A stretch of 62,932 nt of DNA, counting the filler. It is 5 parts of 5 records of this genome, joined end to end, with 100 filler letters (N's around TTAATTAATTAA, not from the genome) between each part and the next. Parts side by side here need not be neighbours in the genome. Positions count along the whole stretch, not along the records: positions 1 to 17,175 come from SRR31156797_85; positions 17,276 to 25,556 come from SRR31156797_90; 3 more parts are not named here. One strand, given 5' to 3'. Within the stretch, counting starts at the first letter, position 1, and each line of letters begins with the position of its first letter. This document shows, piece after piece, positions 8,313-18,765 of this stretch. Under the pieces are notes generated by a model, which made no database searches, was not told the DNA's origin, and saw only the letters and a list, made by a program, of their open reading frames with translations. Both the position numbers and the translations under genes were made by a program.

Positions 8313-10468
8313 TTACGCCTCAGTCATCTTAAACATTCCTATGGTCTGTTCGAGATGGGCGGCTTGTTTGGTGAGCTGGCTTGAAATCCGGGAGGTTTCA
8401 TCTGCACTGGTAGCTGTATGTTGAACGACGCTGCCCACCTCTTCCAGTTCATGTGTAATATTTTCTATTTCCCTGGTCTGTGCTCCCGACGAATCTGATA
8501 TCTTATCCATTTCAAAAGTGATTTGATGAATAACGGTAACTATCCTTTCAAGCGATACAAACGCCTTTTCTACCCGGTCAGTGCCATATGCCACTTTTTG
8601 CAGCGTTTCTTCCACAAGACGATGACTTTCCTGGACAGATTCTGTGCTTTGCGCTGCAAGGCTGCGAATTTCTTCCGCGACAACTGCAAACCCCAGCCCC
8701 TGCTTCCCAGCTCTTGATGCCTCAATAGTGGCATTCAAAGCAAGGAGTTTTGTTTGGTCAGCGATATCACGGATAATCCTGACCATGTTGCCCCCCTGCT
8801 CGACGCATCAATTCCTTCCATGGCTTCGACCATAGCCTGCATTTCCACCTTACTTTCATTTGCCAACTCTGAGGCACGAAGGGCAATTTTATCAGCTTCA
8901 TTGGCACTTTTTGCATTCTCAGCCGTCTTTGTTGAAATCATACCTACAGTACCAAGTAGAGTATGAAGCGATCCTGCCTGATCTTCGGTCAGTTTTGAGA
9001 GATTTCTATTTGCTGCATTGATATGCTCAGTATCGGTTTTTACATTCTGTGCCGAGGTTTTCACATTATTAAGAAGGGCACTGAGGCGGTTAACTATTTG
9101 CTCAAACGCCATACCCATGACATCTTCCTTGCAGGCAGATTTTGCTGCGACTTGAAGATCCCCTTCGGCTATTTGGGCAGCAACCATGGTTTTTGCATAA
9201 AAGTGATCTATTAAATCGTGAAACGCACTCCCCATTTCACCGAGTTCATCGGTCCGCTGCCTCACGACATCCAATGATTCCTTATCTTTATCATCAATCG
9301 TTACATTCCCGGTAGAAAATCGCGTTGCTATTACTGAGAGAAAATGAATTGGCGGTACAATGTTTCGAGCAATTTTAATGCTTGCAACTACCCCAATAAC
9401 CAACGAAACCAATAATAGAAAAACAAGGAAGACACTTGCCTTCACTTGATATGATTGCATTTGCTCCATTTGTGAAATTCTTATGCCTGTAACAATAGCT
9501 GCTAGCTCCTGCTCCCGTTCAGTCATTGACTCTGCTCATGGATGAATTAAGCTGATAATACTGTTTGAAAGTATGCAGGTAGGACGATGTAGTCTCCTCT
9601 ATTTGTTTAAATAGCTTTGCTTCGCGACCACTTGAAAAAAAAACTCTTCATCTGGGGCAGTGAAGTGCCCATGGTCGCATTTTTGTCAATAGCTAAGAGT
9701 TTTTCCATATCAGTTATCAGGCCGCTGCCGCTGGCATCGTCCTGATACAGGACAAAATCCTTCGCCATCTCCTGAAAACCTAGTGGTTTGTTGATCAAGA
9801 TTGCTATCCATTCCTTTTTTGACGCAACTTTCTCAAATTTTTCAGTAAGTGTTTTTATCCTTTTGAGATGTTGCCCTTTTTCCTCTACAGCATACTGTTG
9901 GAATAAGGAATCCCGCTTTGAGATGAGTTTTTTCCTTGTTCGCTTGACAAATTTTTCAAGCGAAAGAGCTTTTCCCAGAATGAGGGTTGATTGTTTTCTC
10001 AGTTCATCGGTGAGCTGGATTCCCATCCGGAATTTTTCCAGGTACAACTTAAAACTCTTGTCATAATTCCCCACGGCATTGAGAATTTGTTCAAGGGAAG
10101 ATTGCTCTTTTTCCGGAATCCCTTTTGCTGCAATTTCCGCAGTGACTGCAGCAAGGTTTTCTTTTAATTTCTCATAGTCTCCAAGGGGATTATTTTCAGA
10201 GGTATTTCCTGCTGCAGCCTCATTGCCGTTGGCTCACGGCGCCTTAATGATTCTCTTCTTACCAGCCAATTTTGGGCAGCCTGCTGTGATTGAACACCTA
10301 TTGTTGCCACCTGTTCCAACCCTTCCCAGACAGCACTCTTCTGACTCATCATGTAGTAAGAGTATAGAGTACAGGCACTTATCAACAACATACAAGTGAG
10401 CAAAATTGAAAAGGCACAGGTACCTTGTGAATAATTTTGTAATTTCTACCAGTTGATGTCTTATTCAT
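8313..10468 (-). pseudogene. Methyl-accepting chemotaxis protein broken by several frameshifts
   Basis: Co-oriented fragments 10164-10403 (TM), 9607-10074, 8735-9526 (TM-HAMP) and 8313-8786 ([33 protein letters not shown]). Confidence 0.8.
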
Positions 10469-10742
10469 TATCAAAGAGTGAGCAATGTTTTAATAAAAAG
10501 TTTTTTGTCACAGTACTTTTGAGAGTTCTTGACAGAATGGAATTATCCATGCTGTAAGCGATAGCTGACAAGTGCAGCCAGCAAGGGGCAAATGCAAAGA
10601 GCAAGGCTTAAACCACAGGTTATGGAAACGATAAAAAAAGATACAAATCACGTGACCAAGCGTTAAAGCGAGATGCCTTCATTTTGGTTGCAAAGGCATT
10701 ATATTGATGTAAGAAGAGTTACGTAGAAGAAAAAGCATTTGA

Positions 10743-13052
10743 TCATACAACAACATCCTGATCAAAATCATGACAATAGCTATAGAATTGCTTTTCCGGG
10801 CCTGGTTTTGCCCAATAATAACCTTGCCCTGTATCACAGCCTAACGATTGCAGCAACGCCATGGTATGTTCATCTTCTATACCTTCCGCCACTGTTTCGA
10901 TATTCAGGCTTTGCGCCATTTGTATAATAGCGGTTACGATGGCCTGATCCTGCTTGCTGGAAGTCATTGATCCTATAAAAGATCTATCTATCTTGAGTTT
11001 TGTGATTTCAAAATCTTTCAAATAATTCAGATTGGAATAACCAGTACCGAAATCGTCGATGGCAAAACGCACATCAACCGCTCTTAACTTTGCTAAATCT
11101 TCTTTAATTTCGGAAGTGTTTTGCAAAAACAGTGACTCTGTGAATTCCAGCTCAATGAGTTTTCCAGGCACCCCGTAGCGCTTCATTGCAGACAACACTG
11201 TATCTGCGATGGTACCGCGTGTAATCTGCAATGGTGAAATATTGATCGCAACCACCATCTCTTTTCCCCGGTTCCATTGTGCACACATTCTACAGGCCTG
11301 ATCAATAACCCATTCCCCCATCTCAATAATTTGTCCGCTTCGCTCTGCCAAAGGGATAAAGAGGACTGGTGAGAGAATACCTTTTTGTGGATGGTTCCAG
11401 CGAATCAGGGACTCTGCCCCACAAATTTCCCCATTGTGCAGGCTAATCTGTGGTTGAAAATACAGTTCCATTTGATCCTTGGTAATTGCTGATCGCAGCT
11501 CTGAAACTAATTTCGAGGATTCAACCACCAAATTTCCCATCTTCTCATTGAAAAAATGAAAATTGTTTCTTCCTTTCTCCTTAGCTTTAAAAAGGGCGAT
11601 ATCCGTCTTCCTGCAAAGACCATCAAAATCTTTACCATCATCAGGTACAAGAGTAATCCCCATGGACGCGGTGGAGACTATCTGTGAGCCATCAATTTCC
11701 ATGGGCAGCTTAACAGCCTCAATAATTTTTAAAGCAAGAGCAGTTACATCCTCACGGCAGGTGATATTCTCTGTCATAATTAGAAACTCATCTCCTCCCA
11801 GACGGCAAATAGAGTCCTCAGCCTTAAGGAGGTTTTTAAGACACTCTGTAAGACGCTTGAGGCACTCGTCTCCGACATGATGGCCAAGTGACTCATTAAT
11901 GGTCTTAAAATCATCAAGGTCAAGAAACATCAGGCAAAATTTATTGCCGGAATGAAGTGTCCGCTTGAGTAACACCTGGAAACGCTCTTTCGCCAAATAG
12001 CGGTTAGGCAAGCCGGTGAGGGGGTCAAAATTTGCAAGCTCGTGTATCTTTCCCCTCTCTTTTTTTCCTCTGTGACTGTCGAGATGAATTACGTTATCTA
12101 TACAAACATTGTTACCGCCCGCCTGCTTTACCACATAGGCCTGTTCATCTGCGCACTTGAGCAAAAGATCTATGGGGAGACCATCTTCCGGCTCAACGCC
12201 AGTGACATAGGAAATACCAATGGACAAGGTGGTATTGTGGGTTAACTCACTATGAAAAAGGGTCCGTATCCGCTCACCAACTGATTTTGCCTGCCTAACA
12301 TCTGCACCCGGAAGAATAATTGCAAACTCGTCGCCTCCCATACGGATTGGGATATCATGGTTGAGACGGCATGCCATGGTGAGGCACTCTGCAAGCCACA
12401 CCAGGAGTTCGTCTCCAATGGAATGGCCCAAAGTATCATTAACGGTTTTAAAGTGATCACAATCTATATATATAAGACTGACCTGTTGAGAAACTTCATG
12501 CTCACCCCATACTGCAGCAAGTTCTTCCAGGTAGCGGCGATTAAACAAACCAGTAAGCGGATCAGTCAAAGCTACTTTCTCCAGCTTTGAATAGTCGGAA
12601 CTAATCTGATTAATTCTGTTACGAATGCGCTCCTCTCTATGGCTAATATGGTGACTCATCCATGTGAGATTACGCAGCAGCGTTACAAATGGGTCCTCAT
12701 TCTCTTTTTGATTTGAGAGGTTGAACCATACGGAATAATCACCTTTTTTAACTGCTTCACAGAACCTGGCAATTGCCAGGAGATCCTTATTTATAAGGTG
12801 ATGAGCAATCCATCTTGAAAATGGCACGATGAGGCAAACAAAAAAAAGGGGCACTGCGAGATAGAAATTTTCGCCGGGAAGCAGCCAGCCCTTTTCTATA
12901 AAAACTCCTGTAGCAGCCATTGGTACAAAAAGAAAAATCACAAGAAATATGGCCATCCTCGCAGTTATGCCCAGAGTACAAATTTCTATCCTTTCTTTAT
13001 TTTCCGGCTTATTTTTCTGCCAGTCTACACTTTTCATAACTTGTGCCTGCAT
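10743..13052 (-). CDS. Membrane-bound diguanylate cyclase/phosphodiesterase, TM-HAMP-like-GGDEF-GGDEF-EAL
   Basis: DPLTGL.NRR and RMGGDEF; DPLTGLPNR and RLGGDEF; ESLIRW, IDDFGTGYS, EGIE. Confidence 0.92.
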   Translation of the reverse strand: MQAQVMKSVDWQKNKPENKERIEICTLGITARMAIFLVIFLFVPMAATGVFIEKGWLLPGENFYLAVPLFFVCLIVPFSRWIAHHLINKDLLAIARFCEAVKKGDYSVWFNLSNQKENEDPFVTLLRNLTWMSHHISHREERIRNRINQISSDYSKLEKVALTDPLTGLFNRRYLEELAAVWGEHEVSQQVSLIYIDCDHFKTVNDTLGHSIGDELLVWLAECLTMACRLNHDIPIRMGGDEFAIILPGADVRQAKSVGERIRTLFHSELTHNTTLSIGISYVTGVEPEDGLPIDLLLKCADEQAYVVKQAGGNNVCIDNVIHLDSHRGKKERGKIHELANFDPLTGLPNRYLAKERFQVLLKRTLHSGNKFCLMFLDLDDFKTINESLGHHVGDECLKRLTECLKNLLKAEDSICRLGGDEFLIMTENITCREDVTALALKIIEAVKLPMEIDGSQIVSTASMGITLVPDDGKDFDGLCRKTDIALFKAKEKGRNNFHFFNEKMGNLVVESSKLVSELRSAITKDQMELYFQPQISLHNGEICGAESLIRWNHPQKGILSPVLFIPLAERSGQIIEMGEWVIDQACRMCAQWNRGKEMVVAINISPLQITRGTIADTVLSAMKRYGVPGKLIELEFTESLFLQNTSEIKEDLAKLRAVDVRFAIDDFGTGYSNLNYLKDFEITKLKIDRSFIGSMTSSKQDQAIVTAIIQMAQSLNIETVAEGIEDEHTMALLQSLGCDTGQGYYWAKPGPEKQFYSYCHDFDQDVVV

Positions 13053-13454
13053 TTACACCACAATAAACCCAAGACAAACTAACTCAGGCCCTCCATATAG
13101 AGATAGGCGCTTCTAACTTTCCTCACAAAGGTACCTCCACTTGTAACCTTAACAGCCATGGTTACAGTCAACGATTTCCTTTTTCCTTATTACCGTTTGA
13201 GTTGCCAGTTCCTGAAACGGCCTACAAAGATTAGGCAACCCGTAAAAAACAAGACCCTCATAATACAACAAGCCCGGCCCATGTCAAGTTAACTTTATTA
13301 GCTGAAACTAAAAAACAAACCCAAGCATACCCTGACCAGACAATCATCCCGCCATTCTCTGGTCACGTTGACTAAGACCCTTTATACATGCTCTAAGCCT
13401 TCCTTACCCCAGCCCGAATTTATCATGGGCATTTTGTCATTTTATTATGAGAAA

Positions 13455-14251
13455 TCAAAGTGATGTCGGATGCATATTGCTCGATAACGGTTTTATATGT
13501 TCCGGCCCTGTCGATTCCGACGGCTTTGATGTTCTTTATCTGCTTTGGGGAAAGCTTCTGAAAAAATGATTCCAGCGAAGTCTTTTCTTTCCCTCGGCCA
13601 GATGGAGAACCTCGCCGGTTTCACCGTTAATGACAACGGTCATGTACTGGTGACCTTTGCCTATGGATTTTTCGTCAATCAAAATGACGCGCAGCATATC
13701 AAGGTCTGGGGCAGGAAGATGTTTGGCCAGTATTCGTTTATCCCACCTTCTGGCTGTACTGGTAGAGATGGGGAGAAAAACAGGAGCCTTATTCACAGGC
13801 ATGAAGCGACATAATCTGCAGACATAGTGCATTAGGCGCTTGGTTGCATGAGCATAGCTGCCAATCCCAGGTGGATGCAGGGTAAAATAACTTTTGCAAC
13901 CGCTGCAGTAGCCTTGCAGTGCCTCGTAGAGGATCTGCACCAGATTGACTGGGCCTATAGGGAGATCATATGCGCTTTGCATGACTTTTTTGTTCACGGA
14001 GGCTTTTCGGATACAGTGAGGGCAGTAAATTTTGAGTCTCTTATCTCGATGAATTTTGACAACAGCAATAGTCGGTGTCACCTGAATTTGCTGGATGACC
14101 CAACCCGTAAAATCATTTAAATTAGGTAGTGAGGCGTGGCTGGACATAACTGAAAACCTTTATCAATCAAATGATGTGAGAAATTATCTGATATGACAAA
14201 GATTTCAGCCAGTCAACCCCTCTCTATTTTCCGCAACTATGACAAAGACCC
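13455..14251 (-). mobile_element. Truncated, frameshifted ISL3-family insertion sequence remnant
   Basis: ORF 13536-14147 has CPHC..CSGC zinc finger and LIDEKSIGKGHQY; continues in another frame as KAVGIDRAGTYKTVI to about 13455; GGGTCTTTGTC end at 14251. Confidence 0.8.
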
Positions 14252-14381
14252 ACAAAATCAATAAAAAGGTTACAGCGCCCTCTGGAATATAAATAGCGTT
14301 GCCAAGGCAAGCTTGACGCTACAGCTTAAGGCTGATTACCGTCAAAAAAGATTGTTTAATACACTCGCACCATCAATCTGA

Positions 14382-15206
14382 CTAAAGATAAATTCGACTT
14401 TCCTGCTTTAGCATATCTGCTTCAGTCGTTTGATGCATACCCAGTTTATGCTGCCAGCTTTTGGACAGATCGTTTACTTTCAATGCACCATCAGGGCAAT
14501 TTGAGACACAGGCCATGCAACAGATACATCTAGAGGGATCAGCCACCCCGGTTTCTGCCTTGATGGCCTGAGTCGGGCAACGCGCTTCGCACTCACCGCA
14601 CAGGGAACACTCCTCGCAGTTCCGCGTCGGTAGTTGGGTGACAACTTTGAATCTAAATGATTCGATCATGTCAAGGTAGGATTCTTCCGCATCCGCGTGT
14701 TCAAATTCTCCAAGGATTTCTGAATCTTCTCCGCACAGACGTTTGTATGTTTTTTGGGCAAATGTCCGCGCTACACGAAAATCTGATTCCTTCGGCCGTC
14801 CAATCATGGCGCGCCACCCCTCATGGATATTGAAGGTGTGAGCAGCCGGAAACTCGGCAGAAGAGACAACCACGAAGTTGCTTTTCCGAAGAAGCTCTCT
14901 GGTTGAAAAATGGGCCGGATTGATTTCAAATCCCCCAAATGTAAAAAACATGGCGCACCTCTTGCCACCGCCGTCAAGGCTAAGCAGCCACTCCCTGACC
15001 ACCCGTGGAGCACGCCAGGAATGCACCGGCATGCCAAACACAAACGAGTCGTAGGCCTCAGTGTCAATACCTCCTTTCCGGTCCTCGTATGCTGTAATTT
15101 GAATTTTCGTTACATCCACCCCTTGCTCTTGAAGCCCCCTTGCTACAATCTCTGAAATGATGGCAGTGTTTCCAGTGGCTGAAAAATACACGACTGCTGT
15201 TTTCAT
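14382..15206 (-). CDS. EFR1-family flavodoxin-ferredoxin fusion
   Basis: YFSATGNT flavodoxin loop; CSLCGECEARCP and CICCMACVSNCP. Confidence 0.88.
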   Translation of the reverse strand: MKTAVVYFSATGNTAIISEIVARGLQEQGVDVTKIQITAYEDRKGGIDTEAYDSFVFGMPVHSWRAPRVVREWLLSLDGGGKRCAMFFTFGGFEINPAHFSTRELLRKSNFVVVSSAEFPAAHTFNIHEGWRAMIGRPKESDFRVARTFAQKTYKRLCGEDSEILGEFEHADAEESYLDMIESFRFKVVTQLPTRNCEECSLCGECEARCPTQAIKAETGVADPSRCICCMACVSNCPDGALKVNDLSKSWQHKLGMHQTTEADMLKQESRIYL

Positions 15207-15266
15207 GTGATCATCCTCATTTTCTAAAATATCATAAAAAAACTGTAAGATATTGATTATCTATAG

Positions 15267-16154
15267 CTATTTTAAATTCTTAATATGCAGACTCTTAAAC
15301 TGATACCTACCCTTGCTCTCAACAATGTGCCCTAAGCCTGGAAACGGGAAGTGAAAGCATGAAACCAAGGTATTGGTATTGGCGGCCTGCCCTGCAATCC
15401 CGACTCGAGTTTTGACAGCAAAATCTGGGTTGACGTCAACTGCAGGACACCACTCGGGATACTTGATATGTAGCGGTTGAAGGAAGGTGTCTCCCGTCAC
15501 TATGAGCGCCTCTTCTTCAGAGAAAATATGTATCACCTGATGGCCTGGCGTATGCCCAGATGCCGGCATAGCTTCAATTCCTGGTGCGATTTCTATTTGC
15601 TCGTCAATGGTTTGAATCTGCTTTTTTAATTTTGGCAAGCACTGCTCTGCATACCATACAACAGCAGCACTGTGGGCCTCATCCTTGCCTGCAAATTTTA
15701 ATGCCACCAAAGGATCCGAATTCCAGAATTCCCACTCCGATTTTGACATCAAAATTCTCGCATTGCTGAAAATGGATTTCCCCTCTTGGCATACAGTGCC
15801 GCCAATGTGGTCAGGGTGGGCATGGGTTAACAAAACGATGTCGATATCAACAGGATCTATGTCTATTCTTTTTAGGTTTTCAGGCACCATCCCGGTAAAG
15901 GGATTAAATGTCCCAAGTCCGGTATCAATTAATACTGTGTGCGTACCGGTTTCAACTAAGATGCAGGAATAGTCGCTGACCCACTCCTTCCATGTTCCAA
16001 CACTTAAACCACTCGGCTTTAAAGCTGCATTTAGTTCACCTTCGGGGACAGCTGGGAAAAGAAGGTGGGTTGGATCCTGGTATTTATATATCCCGTCATG
16101 CAGCGCATGACATCGGAACTCCCCAACATTGAATTGGTAGACGCCCTTGTTCAT
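15267..16154 (-). CDS. MBL-fold metallo-hydrolase (AHL-lactonase/MPH-like)
   Basis: LIDTG, THAHPDHIGG, GHTPGH, TGD, HFPFPG. Confidence 0.9.
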   Translation of the reverse strand: MNKGVYQFNVGEFRCHALHDGIYKYQDPTHLLFPAVPEGELNAALKPSGLSVGTWKEWVSDYSCILVETGTHTVLIDTGLGTFNPFTGMVPENLKRIDIDPVDIDIVLLTHAHPDHIGGTVCQEGKSIFSNARILMSKSEWEFWNSDPLVALKFAGKDEAHSAAVVWYAEQCLPKLKKQIQTIDEQIEIAPGIEAMPASGHTPGHQVIHIFSEEEALIVTGDTFLQPLHIKYPEWCPAVDVNPDFAVKTRVGIAGQAANTNTLVSCFHFPFPGLGHIVESKGRYQFKSLHIKNLK

Positions 16155-16287
16155 ACCCTCTCTCTTTCATAAGTAGCCCAGAGTGCGCTGTCAGCGCGAT
16201 GAAATAGCTTAGACAACCACAACAACATAATAATATTAAGCTTTAAAATATTCATTTCATAAGCTAAATTAATCGGTTCTGGTTCAA

Positions 16288-16328
16288 TTGCTGCATTATT
16301 GTTTAGTGACTAAACAATAATGCAGCAA
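16288..16328. promoter_or_regulatory. Perfect 20-bp inverted repeat with 1-nt spacer; probable MarR operator
   Basis: TTGCTGCATTATTGTTTAGT-G-ACTAAACAATAATGCAGCAA between marR and the hydrolase; CTAAACA half-site also at 16922-16928. Confidence 0.65.
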
Positions 16329-16424
16329 CAGTCAAGAAAAAACCAAGGTATCAAATAAATAATCTATCTCGTGAATGTGCAGTTTCGAACTACGATAGAA
16401 ATTTCGAAATGCTTCCGAATCGGG

Positions 16425-16901
16425 TTACGGCTGCCCTGACAATGCTTGGTCGCAGAAAGATTCCAAAACCATGAGAAATTGTTCTATAAAATCTACTTGA
16501 TTTTGCGTGGCATTTTCCAGTAGATCCACTAATGGAAAATGCATCTTGGCATGAAAGGCGTGGTGGCCTTCGAAAGCTTTATGGCCTTCTTCGGAAAGTT
16601 TTAAAAATATGGTCTTATCATTGTCAACTTCTTTCATTTTAATGATGAGCTTCTTTTTAACAAGCTTGGCAATTACCTGGGAGACGGCCCCTTTGGTAAC
16701 CCCTTGCTTTTTAGCTAATTCAGTAACATTGATACCTGGGTTCAATCCAATAGCATTGATTGTGTGGATTTCAGATGGGTAAAGAGGGTAGGAAGTTCCG
16801 TAATTTCTTGGGATTTTTTCAACCCTGCTTAGCTTATTGGCAATTCTGTGGAAATTTTCATCCAGTTGCTTTGCTTTGATTTCATGCTCAATCTTATTCA
16901 T
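16425..16901 (-). CDS. MarR-family transcriptional regulator
   Basis: INVTELAKKQGVTKGAVSQVIAKLVKKKLI..DNDK..LKLSEEG winged-helix pattern. Confidence 0.9.
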   Translation of the reverse strand: MNKIEHEIKAKQLDENFHRIANKLSRVEKIPRNYGTSYPLYPSEIHTINAIGLNPGINVTELAKKQGVTKGAVSQVIAKLVKKKLIIKMKEVDNDKTIFLKLSEEGHKAFEGHHAFHAKMHFPLVDLLENATQNQVDFIEQFLMVLESFCDQALSGQP

Positions 16902-17175
16902 AGAGCAAGTATAAAAAGTTGCTAAACAAAATCAACCATAAAAGATTCTGGACAAAAAAATGGAAATAGTTTTTTCGCGCTGTCGAGAAACGTACGTTTT
17001 TCTTGCGGACTAAAAAATACTGTTTATCTTGGACATATCATTTTCCAACATGCATATGAGGAAGGCGCGGTACTAACGCTCAACCCATCGTGCTAAAGAC
17101 AGACTCATTTTATAACCCTATCTGTAACGTCCCGAGTGATTATCCACCAAAAATGAGTTATCCTTTGTTCCGTGC

Positions 17176-17275
17176 NNNNNNNNNNNNNNNNNNNNNNNNN
17201 NNNNNNNNNNNNNNNNNNNTTAATTAATTAANNNNNNNNNNNNNNNNNNNNNNNNNNNNNNNNNNNNNNNNNNNN
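17176..17275. other. Artificial contig linker
   Basis: N44-TTAATTAATTAA-N44 (stops in all six frames); base composition changes sharply. Confidence 0.98.
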
Positions 17276-17733
17276 GCTATTAGCATCTCCACCTGTATTT
17301 GTCCAAGTAGCCGTTATTGTATCTCCTATTTTATAAGCTCCTCCAGATCCACTTGCTCCACTTATACTAATATTTCCATCAGTTACTGTTGGACTATCAT
17401 TATCTACTGTTGCATTTGTTGTATCAGCTGTAGTAGTACTACCATTTGCTGATGTAGCGGTTACTGACACATTCAGAGATGTACTGTCGATACTGCCGCC
17501 ACCATCTTCTGTTATTGTATAAGTAGCCGTCCACGTGTCGCTGCTGTTACTAGCTGAGACAGACCCTCCACCACCAAAAGCACTAAAATCAACCGTTACA
17601 CCTGTTATTGTATCACTGTTATTATCACCACTACCTGTATTATCCCATGTAGCTGTAACAGTGTCTCCTATTTTATAAGCTCCACTAGTTCCACTTGCTC
17701 CGCTTATACTAATATTTCCATCTGTAACTGTTG
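17276..17733 (-). repeat. Intragenic repeat with 342-bp period
   Basis: CTTATACTAATATTTCCATC and CTCCTATTTTATAAGCTCC each recur 342 nt apart. Confidence 0.85.
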
Positions 17734-18268
17734 GCCCCGAAGAAGGTGCAACAATATTACTTAAACCTATATGAGAAATATTAAAACTATCTGAAGATAC
17801 AAATGAAAAAGCAACTGTAATTTCTATTTTTTTTACTTGGGTTACTGGCATAGTTGTATCGTTATCAAAAATATCTTCAACATTTTGATCAGACCCAGTC
17901 ATGCTTTTTGCAGCATTCAATGTCATCGTTTGAGTTGTATCATCATTCTTTGTAAACTTAACTTGCATACTGGTTGACATTTCAATACTTCCAAAAGACT
18001 TCAAATATAAATAATCCACATCAAAGTAGGCGGCATTTACTCCATCAGCTTGTATCGTTATCTCTGTGATTGACGTTGGAGGATATACATCAGTTCCATC
18101 CTGATTCATACTATTGGTAATTACCATGTAGGTATTATTGCCCAGAGTTGCAAAACCACTTCCACCACTATCATTTGCACCTATACTTCCAAAATTATAT
18201 GTAGTTCCATATAATCTAGATGACAAAACTATTATGAATATAATATACAAACTTATATATTTCTTCAA
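17276..18268 (-). CDS. Secreted Ser/Thr/Gly-rich repeat adhesin, 3' end cut by the contig edge
   Basis: Signal peptide; 114-aa repeat PTVTDGNISISGASG..AYKIGDT.TATW.NTG; TTG start 8 nt after AGGAGG. Confidence 0.8.
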
Positions 18269-18765
18269 TTTTGCCACCTCCTATTATGTTTATTAATAGA
18301 TCTATTAATGGGCAGTTTTTTCATACCATTCTCATCCATATTACAAATCTACCTCCTATTATTTTATTTTTATATTTATTATTAATCTTTTTAAGTTCGT
18401 TTTTTCTGCTAGATGCGTAGGTAGCTTTTTTATCTAATTAATAAATATTTAAATCTGCTTTTTCATTTCAGCTTTTCTTACGTTTAATTCAGTTCCTTAT
18501 TTAAACAAGTAAAAGTCGTGCAGCTTGTAAATACTACACAAATAATATTTAAGAGTAGTTCTATCGCTCCTTGATTTTTGCTTTGTAGTCACTAAATGAC
18601 CAAATTTTCTTTAATTCACAGAATATCACTTCTATACTTCAACTCATACAAATATATACAGATTTTTTAAGTAAATTTGTCATTAGTTTTTCCTTGCTAC
18701 ATAGCATAATCGTCTTCTCTAACAAAATTTAAGTTATTTTCTTTCCTCTATATTATTTAAATTTC

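Noticed and set aside
13141-13260. c-di-GMP-I (GEMM) or c-di-GMP-II riboswitch before the cyclase
   Set aside because: The GEMM hallmarks (GCAAACC..GNRA..GACGCAAAG) were not found; kept only as an unassigned structured leader
13370-13380. GACTAAGACCC as the right end of the ISL3 element
   Set aside because: Same orientation as the end at 14241-14251, so it is not an inverted repeat
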